A stretch of 64,000 bases of DNA from a virus (Duplodnaviria; Caudoviricetes). A program made the translations under genes and the position numbers. Shown here piece by piece: positions 43,593 through 54,423 of this stretch. The stretch's first letter is position 1. Each line of letters opens with the position of its first letter. The notes beneath the pieces were generated by a model that did not search any database, was not told the origin of the DNA, and saw nothing but the letters and a program-made list of their open reading frames with translations. Location of the stretch: IMG/VR virus record IMGVR_UViG_3300006903_000002, positions 1,494 to 65,493 of that record, one strand, 5' to 3'.

Positions 43593-45743
43593 TTACGACT
43601 TGTCCGTTAACGGCTCCGCACGGAGGGCCATTCTGAATATGGAAATAGGTGAATTAGCTGTACCAACCCGCACGCGCATCAAATATGACCTACCCACTAG
43701 GCCGACTCGAAGGGAAGTTCGAATTGGCTTAAGAGTAGTCGTGTCAATTGAAAACGTTGCTGTCCGTTCCGGGTTTGTTCCAAAGTGAGGATTCAAATTC
43801 GTAAACATATCAACTGCGGCAGTCTTCCCACTTACTCCACTCGTCTCCAAGAAAAATTGTTCGAACCGTTTCTTCCACATCCCGAGGCCCATTGAACTCC
43901 ATCCGAAGTCGAATTCAAAATTCGGGGAAGAAATGTTGTATGTCCAAGTGGAGTCGGGAACGGGATTAAACGCTTCTCCCGCATCCAACGTCAACGTCGT
44001 AGCTGTGTTTGACCCAATCCTCTTCCTTTGCAAATTTTGTCCGTTAGCGTCCCGCACATACACGTATTGTTGTTGAAGTTGGTCGCCTGTGTCGAAAAAA
44101 CCACCGCCTATTAGGTCTGTGAGGGTTGTAGAGGTTGCGCTAGTTAGATTCCTATTCCCTAGCGTCCCTCCCGCTGCTCCATCTGTGAACAAATTCTGGT
44201 TGATTGGGAAATCAGGCTTTCCAAGTTGCGTTTCAAGTCTAAAAATCTTCCCAATGTAATCTCCCATATATAATTTTGGTTGTCCAGTTGCGTCAAAAAC
44301 CCTCTCTAGGCTTGAAAAATCAAGCATTTGCCAACCATCACTTTCAAATACACCTAAACGGAGGGAATAGGGAAGCAAAATGTTGTTTCTGTTTGTAGCG
44401 AGGACAGGAATGCTCCATAACAAACGTAAACCGACTTCATCTAGGCCAACAACGATTTTATCCAACACATTGAAATTGATGTTGTCTGAACTTACAATGT
44501 TTGCGTTGTTGGGTTGGGCAAGCAGCAGGGGTGAGTTGCCGGGCGAATAAGATGCTGGACCAAAACTTGTCCAAAAGTAGGTCACATCGTTAACGGTGAT
44601 GATACTCATATGCGAGACGCAACCGAATTGATTCGTAATAATGCGCAATTCCCAATTAGGAAAAGTGCCAACCAAGATATAGATGCTGCGATTCTTCAAT
44701 ATGACTAACTGCTCGTGGGCACTTTCAATTGCCATAATCCTATCCCCATCATCTTTGCCAACGGGGATTGTGAAGGTTGGGTCAAATGACTCCATACCCT
44801 CACTCGTCGTCTTGCTGAATACGAGAGTTGAATTACTTGCTTGTGGCACTCCAAACAACCTGCCCTGATGGAATGTAATGCGGTCAAGGATAGGAGGAGG
44901 ATTATTTTCGGTCGCTGTGGGCGCAAGAATCGTCAGAGCGTTGATTTGTGCATCAGAAATATTCACAACGACAGTTTGATTTGTATTTGAAAAGCCTCCG
45001 TCTGCGTTGACCGCAGGAGTCGTTCCTACCACACAACGAAATATACCTCCACTCAAAGTGCCCTTACGGATGTAGATGCGGATGGTTGTGACTTGCGCGT
45101 CTCCGCTTGCCACGAGAGTGACGTTTATGACGTTTCCTGCCGCCACAATGGTGTTGAGAGGACTCAAACTACTCTCTTGACCCGTCAGGTTGTTGTAGTA
45201 TGTGACACCGAAGTCGTAGGTGCCGTTTGGCGTGCCTCCCCCGCCTAGAGCAACAGCAGGCAGGGCGGGAGCCACAATCCCCATCCCCTGCACCTTCCCA
45301 TTCCCACCAATAATAGTTAGCTTTTTGTTCTCAACTCCGTTCACGATGAACATCAAGGCGTTTGCCTGCACACTGTCGGGATAGACGTTCGTACTGAAGG
45401 GGATTGGGGTGCCGGTGTCGAAGTCTGTGAGAGTTCCGTTTGTGTCGTTCATCTGCTGTAATCTGCCGGTTGCGTTGATGACGAGGTGACGACTACTTCC
45501 GGGTCCTGTTGGACGATAATCCCCTTGCCACGTTATAGCAGTCCCTCCCGTCATCTTTGCGGTATTCATGAGAGTGCATCCGGGGCGTGTGGATGGGACT
45601 GCACTGTTGCTGCCGACATTCAACAATTGACAATTCTTCCCTCGCGGGAAGGCGTTCAATGCCTTCAAGTCGTCAGGGCGTGCATTCGTCGCTACTCCCC
45701 CCACCCACTCATGAATTTCGTCATACAACAGTTTTCGTGGCAC
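43593..45743 (-). CDS. podovirus tail nozzle (P22 gp10 / T7 gp12-like)
   Basis: 716 aa, beta-rich; FHQGRLF, LVFS, LVILKNRSIY, GCVS; follows the adaptor gene. Confidence 0.65.
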   Translation of the reverse strand: MPRKLLYDEIHEWVGGVATNARPDDLKALNAFPRGKNCQLLNVGSNSAVPSTRPGCTLMNTAKMTGGTAITWQGDYRPTGPGSSRHLVINATGRLQQMNDTNGTLTDFDTGTPIPFSTNVYPDSVQANALMFIVNGVENKKLTIIGGNGKVQGMGIVAPALPAVALGGGGTPNGTYDFGVTYYNNLTGQESSLSPLNTIVAAGNVINVTLVASGDAQVTTIRIYIRKGTLSGGIFRCVVGTTPAVNADGGFSNTNQTVVVNISDAQINALTILAPTATENNPPPILDRITFHQGRLFGVPQASNSTLVFSKTTSEGMESFDPTFTIPVGKDDGDRIMAIESAHEQLVILKNRSIYILVGTFPNWELRIITNQFGCVSHMSIITVNDVTYFWTSFGPASYSPGNSPLLLAQPNNANIVSSDNINFNVLDKIVVGLDEVGLRLLWSIPVLATNRNNILLPYSLRLGVFESDGWQMLDFSSLERVFDATGQPKLYMGDYIGKIFRLETQLGKPDFPINQNLFTDGAAGGTLGNRNLTSATSTTLTDLIGGGFFDTGDQLQQQYVYVRDANGQNLQRKRIGSNTATTLTLDAGEAFNPVPDSTWTYNISSPNFEFDFGWSSMGLGMWKKRFEQFFLETSGVSGKTAAVDMFTNLNPHFGTNPERTATFSIDTTTLKPIRTSLRVGLVGRSYLMRVRVGTANSPISIFRMALRAEPLTDKS

Positions 45744-45755
45744 AATACAATCCTA

Positions 45756-46760
45756 TTAGGTCGTGTAGATGCGTGGAGCGTCTGGTTCCTCACCAAGGTA
45801 ACGAATGTATCTCGGTTCGCTTTCTAACGAAGCCATTTCATCATTCCACAACAACATAGATTCTTCCAGCTTTTGTGAATTCATTCTCCAAGTCGCCACG
45901 TCATCAGGGTCGCTGCTTGCGTCGTAGGTGGCAACATCTAAGAGTGTGTCCCACACAAGGATTTGCGTGAATGGAGGAGGGATGTCAGGGATGTCGTCGT
46001 CATCCACGAGAAAGAATGGTTGGCGATAGAAGCGATATTCTATTGTGTTTACAACGTTAGGAATACTCAATATATATATTTGTGGGAATGTTTTCCCAAG
46101 CTCCCCGGTTGCAACTCCAAATTGTCCCACATCCAACGTCAACAGTGTCCTTGTTTCAGTGACATCTTTCATCGTAAACACTCCCGTCAACGGAGCACTT
46201 ATTGTAACGTGGAGGATTGGGTCGGCGAAGGTTTTTGTACTAACAACATGAGTTGTTCCACTCAAGGTAAGAGTATCATGAGTTAATGATAGTGTGGTTG
46301 TATCCTGCCCAACCACCTTCACAGTTATTCCCGTATCACCCGCATTACTGCTAAATACTACCACCTGTGAGGGGGTTAGGAGTTGGTTTTGAAGAGCGGA
46401 TTGCCCCCACAAAGAAAAGCGGGTAGCGTTCCCTGTGTCGGTGTTCCACCTCACGCCACTCGGCCCAAGCATTCTGCCATTCTCCTGAATCATATAAGCT
46501 TTGACAGTTTGATTGAAGAAGTAGAGAGGTTTGTAAAATTCAGAATGGAGGGAATATTGTTGTTGATTCAAAACTGTGTCGAAGGTGAGAGCCTTCGGCC
46601 ACAGCATGAAGTACCAATCATAAGATGTTAGACGTTGGAAGTGTGCACGGTTGATGGCATTTTTGACGAGAGTCAAGGTAGTGGATGAGGTGTTTGTGTC
46701 CTCATCCATGTAGCGTAGCACCTCGTCTTGGAGGTTTTTGAAGGTGTAGAATTTTGCCAT
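45756..46760 (-). CDS. head-tail adaptor (P22 gp4 / T7 gp11-like)
   Basis: TF..LQDEV...AINRA...WYF...QQYSL...DDDIPDIPPPF..ILV. Confidence 0.65.
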   Translation of the reverse strand: MAKFYTFKNLQDEVLRYMDEDTNTSSTTLTLVKNAINRAHFQRLTSYDWYFMLWPKALTFDTVLNQQQYSLHSEFYKPLYFFNQTVKAYMIQENGRMLGPSGVRWNTDTGNATRFSLWGQSALQNQLLTPSQVVVFSSNAGDTGITVKVVGQDTTTLSLTHDTLTLSGTTHVVSTKTFADPILHVTISAPLTGVFTMKDVTETRTLLTLDVGQFGVATGELGKTFPQIYILSIPNVVNTIEYRFYRQPFFLVDDDDIPDIPPPFTQILVWDTLLDVATYDASSDPDDVATWRMNSQKLEESMLLWNDEMASLESEPRYIRYLGEEPDAPRIYTT

Positions 46761-47638
46761 TATGCAGTCTGCTTAATGATGCCTTCGACGTTGTATGTGA
46801 CGGTTGTATATGTGCCAGCGGCTTGAGTGCGAATCGTAATTGTTGTTGAGGCTTTTGCGCGAATGTGCAATGGGACGCCCATATACGGAACCGCACCATT
46901 CGCGTTAGCAATGCTCGTCGTCGTCACACCACCAGCGACAAGACCGAAGGTCATCGTAAGGACGCGCGCCGTGTTGCCTTCATCGGTGTATGCACATTCA
47001 ATGTTGAAGGCGTGGGTCGTTGCTGTCGTGACTAGGACGTTTGCGCTCACTTCGAAGGAGCCATCCGCAGCGGGCACCGTATAGGCAGCGACAGACGCTA
47101 CTGCTGCCGTCTGCGCCGTCGCACGGCCCACACGACGAACAGCAGGCGCGACGAAGACAGTCGCGCCATTAAGTCGCGCCTTCAGCGCACCCGAGGCTCC
47201 CGTAATCGCCCCTGTGTCGGAGTCTACCCACCAATCACCGTTGGCGAGAGTGCCGGGAGTCGCCATGTTCGAGCGAACACGAGAATCTAGGCCCGATGTG
47301 CCGAAATACATTTCACCGCCAGATTGTCCGGCAATCCAATTAGTTGCTGTTGTGATGTTGTTCACTTCTAGGGATGCTGTATCTGCGGCTCCTGATGAGG
47401 CGCGAAGATTCCACGCTCCATCGGATGTCGCTTGAAATCGCCCGCGCGAGACGCCGCCACTCGCCATTGTAAGAATGGCGCTATTTACTTGAACATCTCC
47501 GTTAAAGACACGTAGATATTCCCCACCGTCAGCACCAGTAAGTCCCATGCCAGTGCCGCTAACCTGTATTTTGGCTCCGTTGGGAAGTCTAGAAGGAGAA
47601 ACTAGTGTGCTTCTCGCACGTTGAATCCAAGTTACCAT
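46760..47638 (-). CDS. virion structural protein
   Basis: A/T/G-rich beta protein in the structural block. Confidence 0.55.
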   Translation of the reverse strand: MVTWIQRARSTLVSPSRLPNGAKIQVSGTGMGLTGADGGEYLRVFNGDVQVNSAILTMASGGVSRGRFQATSDGAWNLRASSGAADTASLEVNNITTATNWIAGQSGGEMYFGTSGLDSRVRSNMATPGTLANGDWWVDSDTGAITGASGALKARLNGATVFVAPAVRRVGRATAQTAAVASVAAYTVPAADGSFEVSANVLVTTATTHAFNIECAYTDEGNTARVLTMTFGLVAGGVTTTSIANANGAVPYMGVPLHIRAKASTTITIRTQAAGTYTTVTYNVEGIIKQTA

Positions 47639-47653
47639 CTAATTACTCCATTT

Positions 47654-47989
47654 TTACGCATAAGTGACGTTAATTGTAGCGTCAGTGGTGATTCGGAATG
47701 CCTTGAAGTTGCGAATGTCATCTTCACTCTCAAGCGTCAAGGTGTCATCCACATTCATTCTATGCCCAACTGTCGTAGATGGCGTTGTGCCATCGAGGGT
47801 GAAGCGAATTTGGTCCCCTTCCACACTTATGTATGCGAATTTTGCAATCTTTCTAGTCACTTGGTTTCCAGAATTTCCAGTATCGGCTTTGTTGTAGACA
47901 CTAGAAGTGAGTGTTTTAACCGCATTCGTGACTGTTAACTGCTCAAATGCGAAGGACCCAATCAATCCATTTAATGCTCTATATGCCAT
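47654..47989 (-). CDS. virion structural protein
   Basis: IRFTLDGTTPSTTVG motif. Confidence 0.6.
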   Translation of the reverse strand: MAYRALNGLIGSFAFEQLTVTNAVKTLTSSVYNKADTGNSGNQVTRKIAKFAYISVEGDQIRFTLDGTTPSTTVGHRMNVDDTLTLESEDDIRNFKAFRITTDATINVTYA

Positions 47990-48547
47990 TTACATCCTAC
48001 TTCTATGAATTACTTTCGTATTTCCAGTAAATCCTACCTGTTTGATTCCGCTAATAAACGGATAATCATCTCTTGTTGCGTCTATTGTGTTTGCCACTTC
48101 CCTCGCACGACTCTCCAGCAACCTCTGATTATGCTTGTCTGCTTCCTGTGACAAACGTTCAATTGCTCCGCGAAGGGGGTCGGTGCGTCTAAGGTGTTCA
48201 AGAAGTGCCTCCCCAAGAGGAAAGTATCCCGCGAGGATGCGCCCATCCCTCCCACGACGAATGCAGTGCTCACATCGCACTTCTTTGAAGCGTAATTCGG
48301 GAACCTTTAACGGCAGATTGCATTGTGGGCATGGCATGGTTGTTCCTGCCCTCACCTCACATACAAACCACATTCCATCACGGGCGCGAATCAAACTGTC
48401 GTCAAAAGGGTCAATCCGCAGAGGGGGAAGGCATCCCCTTCCTACTTGTTGTTCAATGTGCCATGCTTCCCGCTTATCACTCCATCTAATGCGTAGATGT
48501 GGGAATTCCCTCTTCAAGCCGTTGACGAACGTTTTTGGTGCTTCCAT
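47990..48547 (-). CDS. hypothetical protein with inserted zinc ribbon
   Basis: LRIRWS....WHIEQ; CPQC...CEHC. Confidence 0.65.
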   Translation of the reverse strand: MEAPKTFVNGLKREFPHLRIRWSDKREAWHIEQQVGRGCLPPLRIDPFDDSLIRARDGMWFVCEVRAGTTMPCPQCNLPLKVPELRFKEVRCEHCIRRGRDGRILAGYFPLGEALLEHLRRTDPLRGAIERLSQEADKHNQRLLESRAREVANTIDATRDDYPFISGIKQVGFTGNTKVIHRSRM

Positions 48548-48559
48548 TTTGTTGTGTCT

Positions 48560-48621
48560 AAAAAAGAAAGGGAACTGTACCCACTTTGGGCACGTTCGCA
48601 CCTAATTTGGGTAAGTTCCCT
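48560..48621 (-). terminator. terminator-like hairpin after capsid-associated genes
   Basis: AGGGAACT-TACCCA/TGGGTA-AGTTCCCT stem followed on the minus strand by TTCTTTTTT. Confidence 0.6.
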
Positions 48622-48632
48622 ATTTGGTTGTT

Positions 48633-49235
48633 TTAGATTCCGAACGCTTCGACCTTAAAGGTGTGTCCAAGCACATCGCTGGCTGCACCTGTTGTTCCGC
48701 TTGCTCCCGTTACCTTCACGGTGACTGCTCCAGATAGGGTTTCTCCCGGTGCGGTCTTTGTCGTAAATGGTAGAAGGGCGGTCCAAATGCATCCATCTCC
48801 CAACTGTGTTGCCGCAGCAGTCCTGTAAATGACTGCCGTCGCCTTCCATGCTGTTGCGTTGTTAGTTACGACTCCTGTCGTTGCCACTGCTGTGGCTCCG
48901 AAGAAAATCTTCACAGTCTTGTTATTGCCGTTTGCTGCAAAAACTCCACTAGCCTCAACCTTAATGCCCTGCCCGTTCACACCAAGGAAGGCGGCCGGAA
49001 GGGAATATGTGAAGAGTGTGTCGTCTGTTGTGTCGGCAGCATTTCCAACTCCTGCAATCGAAAACTGACTGTTGAGAGTTGAATTCTGAACCAACTTTGT
49101 TGACGCAGTTCCAACGAGAGTGTTATGCTCAAGCATATTGCTTGTAGCATTCACTCCCACCGAGGCTGCGTTTGCTGTATCTGTAGGAGGAATATTACCC
49201 GCAAGGTTATTCCTCTGCACATCCATTACTGGCAT
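48633..49235 (-). CDS. virion structural/decoration protein
   Basis: A/T/G-rich; FAANGNNKTVK. Confidence 0.55.
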   Translation of the reverse strand: MPVMDVQRNNLAGNIPPTDTANAASVGVNATSNMLEHNTLVGTASTKLVQNSTLNSQFSIAGVGNAADTTDDTLFTYSLPAAFLGVNGQGIKVEASGVFAANGNNKTVKIFFGATAVATTGVVTNNATAWKATAVIYRTAAATQLGDGCIWTALLPFTTKTAPGETLSGAVTVKVTGASGTTGAASDVLGHTFKVEAFGI

Positions 49236-49251
49236 TTTCTATGCTCCTGAA

Positions 49252-49695
49252 TTAGTAGTTTGAAGTTGCGCTCTGAATTCTCTTCAGATTCACCTGAACC
49301 ACCCCAATGTAGGCGGTGACTGTGCCACCCCAAATAGCCGCTAGCCGGTCGCCTGCCGCTATTCTGCGTGTCGCCTGTGTTGCTGTGATTCCACTCGCAA
49401 GGGTTTTGCTAACTGTTGTGTTTGCAGTTGAGTCGAGAGCAAAAGTGCTCGTTAGCACACTTGTTCCGCTAGCAGGCGCTTGTGTGCCAGTGCACTTCTT
49501 AATGTCTAGTGTGCTAGAACCTGCTCCTGCCACCGAATGCACCTCACCAATAGAAACAATTTCGAAGTCTCCATCAGATACGAAAAATGGTCCATTGGAC
49601 TGTGCCGCTGCTACCATCACTGCGAAAGTGACATTTTCATTCTCCGTCAGTGTCCCAACTGTCCCGTCAATGCGTCGTTGAAAACGTACTGCCAT
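49252..49695 (-). CDS. capsid decoration/cement-like protein
   Basis: Directly after the major capsid gene; SD GAGG; AAGDRL. Confidence 0.55.
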   Translation of the reverse strand: MAVRFQRRIDGTVGTLTENENVTFAVMVAAAQSNGPFFVSDGDFEIVSIGEVHSVAGAGSSTLDIKKCTGTQAPASGTSVLTSTFALDSTANTTVSKTLASGITATQATRRIAAGDRLAAIWGGTVTAYIGVVQVNLKRIQSATSNY

Positions 49696-49784
49696 TTAAT
49701 TACCTCATTTCACAAGCCACCACAAGAGGGCAAGTTATGGCGCTTCGTGAAACGAAAGATGTGGTTACTTGCCTAACCTATTTA

Positions 49785-51023
49785 TTACTCTGAGATGTCG
49801 TCTAGGAGTCCGTTCGCATTCCTTGCGATTGTTCCAAGATTGCCGTAATGGAACATTGTCGCCTCATATGCGTCGGTGTTTGGCACACGACTCAAAACGG
49901 CTCCATCCTTATCCAACCAATCGAAGTCGCTGGTTCTGAAAATCTTCAGAGTGTCAGGACTCAAGTAGTAGATTCGGTTCTTCTTGCACTGTGGGTCAGG
50001 GACGAGTGGTTTGCCGTTAAAGTCAACCGCACTGAACCCGCCATCCAACTCCATCGTGTTGACGTGACGCTTGTCAGCAATCAAGATACTCACATACTTA
50101 GCACGCACTCCGTAGCTGCATAGGAGGAACTTGACTCCACTCTCATCATAATCGCTGTTTGTTGCGATTAGGTCGAGAGGCTTCTGCATGTTCTCTAGAG
50201 TGAGAGACTGGTTTGTGCCTGCTGTCGCACCAGTCACGACTTGACTAATCCAGAATGTCTTAGATGCAACCGGCAACCCTTCAAGACCACCTGCTAGGAG
50301 TGGGGGGTCGCTTGTTGCGACGATTCCAGCGATTCCCATCAATTGCAATCCGGCAGTGCCCGGAACGACGAGAGGGTCGTTGTCGGAAACTGTGATTGAC
50401 GAACCAAATGTAACGTTCTGGCCGACAGGAGATGTTGACGCAGTGCCGGGAGTCACGGTCACGCCCGCTACCCTCACAGTTGTCGTGTTGCCTGCAAGGA
50501 TGTCAACAACCTGTGCACCTGTCTGAAGGTAGTTAAAGTTGTTGCCCCTTGTGTCATCCACGACTCCTGTAGTTGTTGCTGCGACTGCCGCTGCCATTTG
50601 CGCGAGATAATCGATTCCATCCCCGTGTAGCTGGCGGTTGAAACTACGCTTGAAATCCATTACAAGACCTTGAATTTCCGCGTCGATAGCCTTTACGAAG
50701 GCTCCTGCATTATCACGAGTAGCCGCTACTGTCGGTCCAGTAATCTGAATTCTACCATATTGATAGACGTTCGGAATTACGGCCACATCGTAGCCTTGCT
50801 GTCCCGCAGTAGGCAATGTGCCACCATCAATGCGTCCAGTGCCCGCGCTTGTGTTACGTGAAGTGTGCAATGGGACAGTAAATGTCTTACCACTTACGCT
50901 GATTGCATTGTCCTCACGGCCAATCCTACTTAGAAGGATTGTGCTGTTGTTAAGCTGCTCTCTAATCGGTCCCAAATACCTTGTCTTCAGGATGTTAGAA
51001 GCAGCACTCAAATCGAATGCCAT
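49785..51023 (-). CDS. major capsid protein
   Basis: 412 aa after portal and scaffold; LKTRY...NRQLHGDG...DAYEA..YGNL....RNANG. Confidence 0.85.
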   Translation of the reverse strand: MAFDLSAASNILKTRYLGPIREQLNNSTILLSRIGREDNAISVSGKTFTVPLHTSRNTSAGTGRIDGGTLPTAGQQGYDVAVIPNVYQYGRIQITGPTVAATRDNAGAFVKAIDAEIQGLVMDFKRSFNRQLHGDGIDYLAQMAAAVAATTTGVVDDTRGNNFNYLQTGAQVVDILAGNTTTVRVAGVTVTPGTASTSPVGQNVTFGSSITVSDNDPLVVPGTAGLQLMGIAGIVATSDPPLLAGGLEGLPVASKTFWISQVVTGATAGTNQSLTLENMQKPLDLIATNSDYDESGVKFLLCSYGVRAKYVSILIADKRHVNTMELDGGFSAVDFNGKPLVPDPQCKKNRIYYLSPDTLKIFRTSDFDWLDKDGAVLSRVPNTDAYEATMFHYGNLGTIARNANGLLDDISE

Positions 51024-51034
51024 GATTTTATTCC

Positions 51035-51880
51035 CTATTTATTGAGTGCAGTCTGCATCAAATCACTCACAGCCGCTTGGAACAAATCATTGCTTCCAAG
51101 CTTGAATTTCTTTTCAGGCTGAAGAGTTTGAGGTGCAATGCCACCAGCCTCGATTCCGTTCTTGACCAGTTTTGCCTGCTGCACTGCGTTGTCTTTCTGT
51201 TGATTCTGGAAGCGACTCATTAGACGGTTTGCGCGAGATTCGGCAGCTTCCACGAACAGGCGTTTTGCCTCTTCCAGATTGGCTGGCTGTTTCTGCGAAA
51301 CATCATTCCTCAACAGTTGGTCGATGCCATCAATATCCTGAAGAATTGTGTGCTTATCGAGCAATTGTTTGATGGTTGAGTTGATTTCCCCTCCATATTG
51401 CGCCGCGAGAGAACGAATTTCCATCTCCTGTGCCATCGCTTCCATCTGCTCCCTCAAAGCAGCCTGCTGCTGTTGTCCTTGACTCGCCATGAGTTGTTGC
51501 AACTGTTCTGCTGTTGGTGGTTGGCTTGGGTCTACAATTCCTGCTTGTAGATTGCGAAGTGCAGTTACGACTCGTGGGTCACTTAAGAAAGTGCGTACCT
51601 GTTCTAACTGCTGTTGGTAGGTGGAAATTTCCTGCTCATACCTCTGGCGCTCTTGCGCTAGTTGCATAGTCTTTGCGGTGTAATCCTGCTGGCGACTATA
51701 GCCACTTAGAAGCTCGGGAAGTGGGACCTTGTGGGTTTGTCCATTCACCTTCACTTCATAAAATTGTTCTGCGGACGCAGGAAGTTGCTGGCCCTCATCT
51801 TTCTGAAGAGGCTGTTGACCGCCCGCTGTCTGTTCTAAAAGTGCCGCGCCGGTTGCGTCTACTTGCTCATTAAAGAGCAT
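51035..51880 (-). CDS. capsid scaffolding protein
   Basis: YEVKVNGQ...ELLSGYSRQQDYTAKTMQLAQER. Confidence 0.85.
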   Translation of the reverse strand: MLFNEQVDATGAALLEQTAGGQQPLQKDEGQQLPASAEQFYEVKVNGQTHKVPLPELLSGYSRQQDYTAKTMQLAQERQRYEQEISTYQQQLEQVRTFLSDPRVVTALRNLQAGIVDPSQPPTAEQLQQLMASQGQQQQAALREQMEAMAQEMEIRSLAAQYGGEINSTIKQLLDKHTILQDIDGIDQLLRNDVSQKQPANLEEAKRLFVEAAESRANRLMSRFQNQQKDNAVQQAKLVKNGIEAGGIAPQTLQPEKKFKLGSNDLFQAAVSDLMQTALNK

Positions 51881-51890
51881 TACGAAGTCG

Positions 51891-54044
51891 TTATTGTTGT
51901 ACATTTTGTGGTCCTGCTTGGCCACTAGATTGGCCGCTCATCATAGGTGGTTGCGCTTGAGATGGTTGTTGCTGCGGACCTTGTTGTTGAGTCTGTATCA
52001 TTTGTTGTTGTTCAACCATTTGTTGTGCGTGTGGTGGTAATGGCAACTGATATTGTTGTGCGGCTTCTGCGGCTGCTGTCGGGTTAAACATATCGAGATG
52101 TCCAATAATGTGGACGATTAGCGCCGTTTTCTGCTCTTCCGGCCACTGGCGCGACTCTGGTGACTTCAGAAGGTTAGTATGGATTTTGTAGTGGACTGCG
52201 TGGTTTTGGTAGAATTCAGGATTTGGCACCTTCTGGCCGTTTTCGAATTCCACATTCTCTACGTTCGCAAGATTTTCATCAATCTTGCTGTCGTCGATGG
52301 CTTCCTCGGGACCACCTAGTTCCATTAGAGAGAGCGCCTTGCGGCTTGTTTCGGGGTCCTGAATGTTTCCGAGAAGTCCGCTGTCAAACATTTCTTTAAT
52401 CATTTGCATACGGACGGCTTTGTTGTCGGGCAGTGCGTTGCTTCCTTCAATGACTATTTCTGCAAATTCGTCAATCTGGCTGTTTACGAATTCCTGCACG
52501 TCTGGGGCGCTCGCCTTTCCAATGGCCTGAATAATTCTCGGCATCCCATAACCAAGCTTCATCAACCTTCTAATCTTGTAGCACGCCTCTTCGAGGGTGG
52601 CGTAGAGGTTTTGAAGGTCGGGCATGTGAACTAGGTCGGTTGCCTCCTGAAGCAAGTTCGTCTGAAATCCACTTGTGGCTCCTCCCGGCTTACCTTCCGC
52701 ACTAGGAAAGATTTGACTTATGTCGTCAAACTCCTGACGAACTAGGTTCATGGATTGCCACAAATCTTGTGCGATTGAAGCGGGTTGAATCACCTGTGGG
52801 GGAGGGATTCCGGGCGCTGCAATTAACTCAATAATCTCTCCTGCCTCACTATTCCACGCACTCTTAGACATCCTATTTTGCTTCCAAACAATGATTTTAG
52901 GATGCACGCACATTCTAATGTGCTCCGCAAGTTTTGAACGGCTCAAGTTATACTCGCGTTGGAGCGGGATTAGCTGTTCAACGAGAGTTGTTGACCAAAA
53001 CTGATTCGGAGACGGTTGGTCAATGAATTCCACACATGGATATGGGTTTGCAAGGTCATGGAAACCATAGGGCAATTCATCTTGCTCCTTAACGAGTACA
53101 TCACCAACGAGCACCGAATAGCGCCCCTTCATGAATTGTGGGGTAGGTGCCTCAAAGTATTCCGTCACAAGCACTAGATTCTTTCCTGTGATGGAAGAAT
53201 CCATCTTCCCCATATTACCCCTGTCGCGCACCTCAACGAGTCCATAACCTCCGAATCCACTCGCGTTCAACGTTGAGATTTGCCTCTCGTAGCGGAACAA
53301 GTCGTCTTGACTTGAATCAGGCGTTATGAACTGTGCATGGTCGGGGTAACGGCCTCGCACCTCTTCAATGGGTCGTAGTTTGACTCTAATCAAGTCTGGT
53401 TGCTCTGCAAGGGAGCCTGCACCCGGAATCCCAACAAGCACCTCATAGGCGCTTCCTACTTCCACCCTCACATCCCCCACCATAGCCTCTTGCACAATGG
53501 GTTGTTGGGTGAGTGGGTCATCTTGCTGCACCCTTCCGAGGATATTTGGGTCCCAATAAAACCACCAAAACCCTTTACATCCTGTTTCCGCGTGCATCAA
53601 AGCCTGTCGCTTTTTCTTCTCAAGCTGCTCTTTGCGCCACAAGTAGTCGAGGGCTTTTTTGCTGGCGCGTGCGTCCATCTTCGACTTCAAATCCATACTT
53701 GCAGGATACACTTCAATCTTCGTGCGGTTCTTAGTAAACTTGGCACGACGGGCTTGAATCTTAGGACGAATCCTATTTATCGCTAAGCGGATTCTGTGCG
53801 GCGGTGCAGGAGGCACAGTAAGTTTTTGGTCCCGCACACTCCACTCAACATACTGCTGTCCACGAAGCATACTGTTGTTCACGAACCACTGTTGTTCGTG
53901 AGGAAGTCGGAAGCGGCGATATTTCATCCGCTTATCACGGATGTTAGATATCTTTTGCTGCTCCTCATCTGTGGGTGTATAGACCTGTGTCTCAACTTCC
54001 TGAGTCTGCCCTATACTACTATCCGGTGTGATGGTTGGGTCCAT
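51891..54044 (-). CDS. portal protein (P22-like)
   Basis: 717 aa; GQQY, INRIRP, QREYN, Gln-rich C-terminal tail; upstream of scaffold and capsid. Confidence 0.85.
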   Translation of the reverse strand: MDPTITPDSSIGQTQEVETQVYTPTDEEQQKISNIRDKRMKYRRFRLPHEQQWFVNNSMLRGQQYVEWSVRDQKLTVPPAPPHRIRLAINRIRPKIQARRAKFTKNRTKIEVYPASMDLKSKMDARASKKALDYLWRKEQLEKKKRQALMHAETGCKGFWWFYWDPNILGRVQQDDPLTQQPIVQEAMVGDVRVEVGSAYEVLVGIPGAGSLAEQPDLIRVKLRPIEEVRGRYPDHAQFITPDSSQDDLFRYERQISTLNASGFGGYGLVEVRDRGNMGKMDSSITGKNLVLVTEYFEAPTPQFMKGRYSVLVGDVLVKEQDELPYGFHDLANPYPCVEFIDQPSPNQFWSTTLVEQLIPLQREYNLSRSKLAEHIRMCVHPKIIVWKQNRMSKSAWNSEAGEIIELIAAPGIPPPQVIQPASIAQDLWQSMNLVRQEFDDISQIFPSAEGKPGGATSGFQTNLLQEATDLVHMPDLQNLYATLEEACYKIRRLMKLGYGMPRIIQAIGKASAPDVQEFVNSQIDEFAEIVIEGSNALPDNKAVRMQMIKEMFDSGLLGNIQDPETSRKALSLMELGGPEEAIDDSKIDENLANVENVEFENGQKVPNPEFYQNHAVHYKIHTNLLKSPESRQWPEEQKTALIVHIIGHLDMFNPTAAAEAAQQYQLPLPPHAQQMVEQQQMIQTQQQGPQQQPSQAQPPMMSGQSSGQAGPQNVQQ

Positions 54045-54045
54045 C

Positions 54046-54423
54046 TTACACCCCTCCCAATGCCCTACTCAATGCTATCTTTTGTGTGCGAGAAGGGTCC
54101 ACAGGCATTCCTGTCGTCATGTTAGGTGCCTGCGAAACAACATTCCCAAAACTTTGTACCGTGGGTGGCATTCCTACCGACATGGGACCCAACGATGGTT
54201 GTGGAGGTTTACCCGGTTCATACATTGGATGATGGGACAATGGCTGAAAAGCATTTCCACCTCCCCCAATAGGTTGTTGCTGTTGAAGTTGGACGGGAGC
54301 TTGAGGAGGAGCTACCTGCGGCGAAGATGCTTGAGGCTTTTCCATAGCTGCCTGCATATTATGCGAGGCATCCAGCATACCGGGGCTACTTAAGAAACTA
54401 TTATTACCGTTCAATGCGCGCAC
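54046..54423 (-). CDS. low-complexity Pro/Gln-rich protein
   Basis: Ends KIALSRALGGV; packed against portal. Confidence 0.55.
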   Translation of the reverse strand: MRALNGNNSFLSSPGMLDASHNMQAAMEKPQASSPQVAPPQAPVQLQQQQPIGGGGNAFQPLSHHPMYEPGKPPQPSLGPMSVGMPPTVQSFGNVVSQAPNMTTGMPVDPSRTQKIALSRALGGV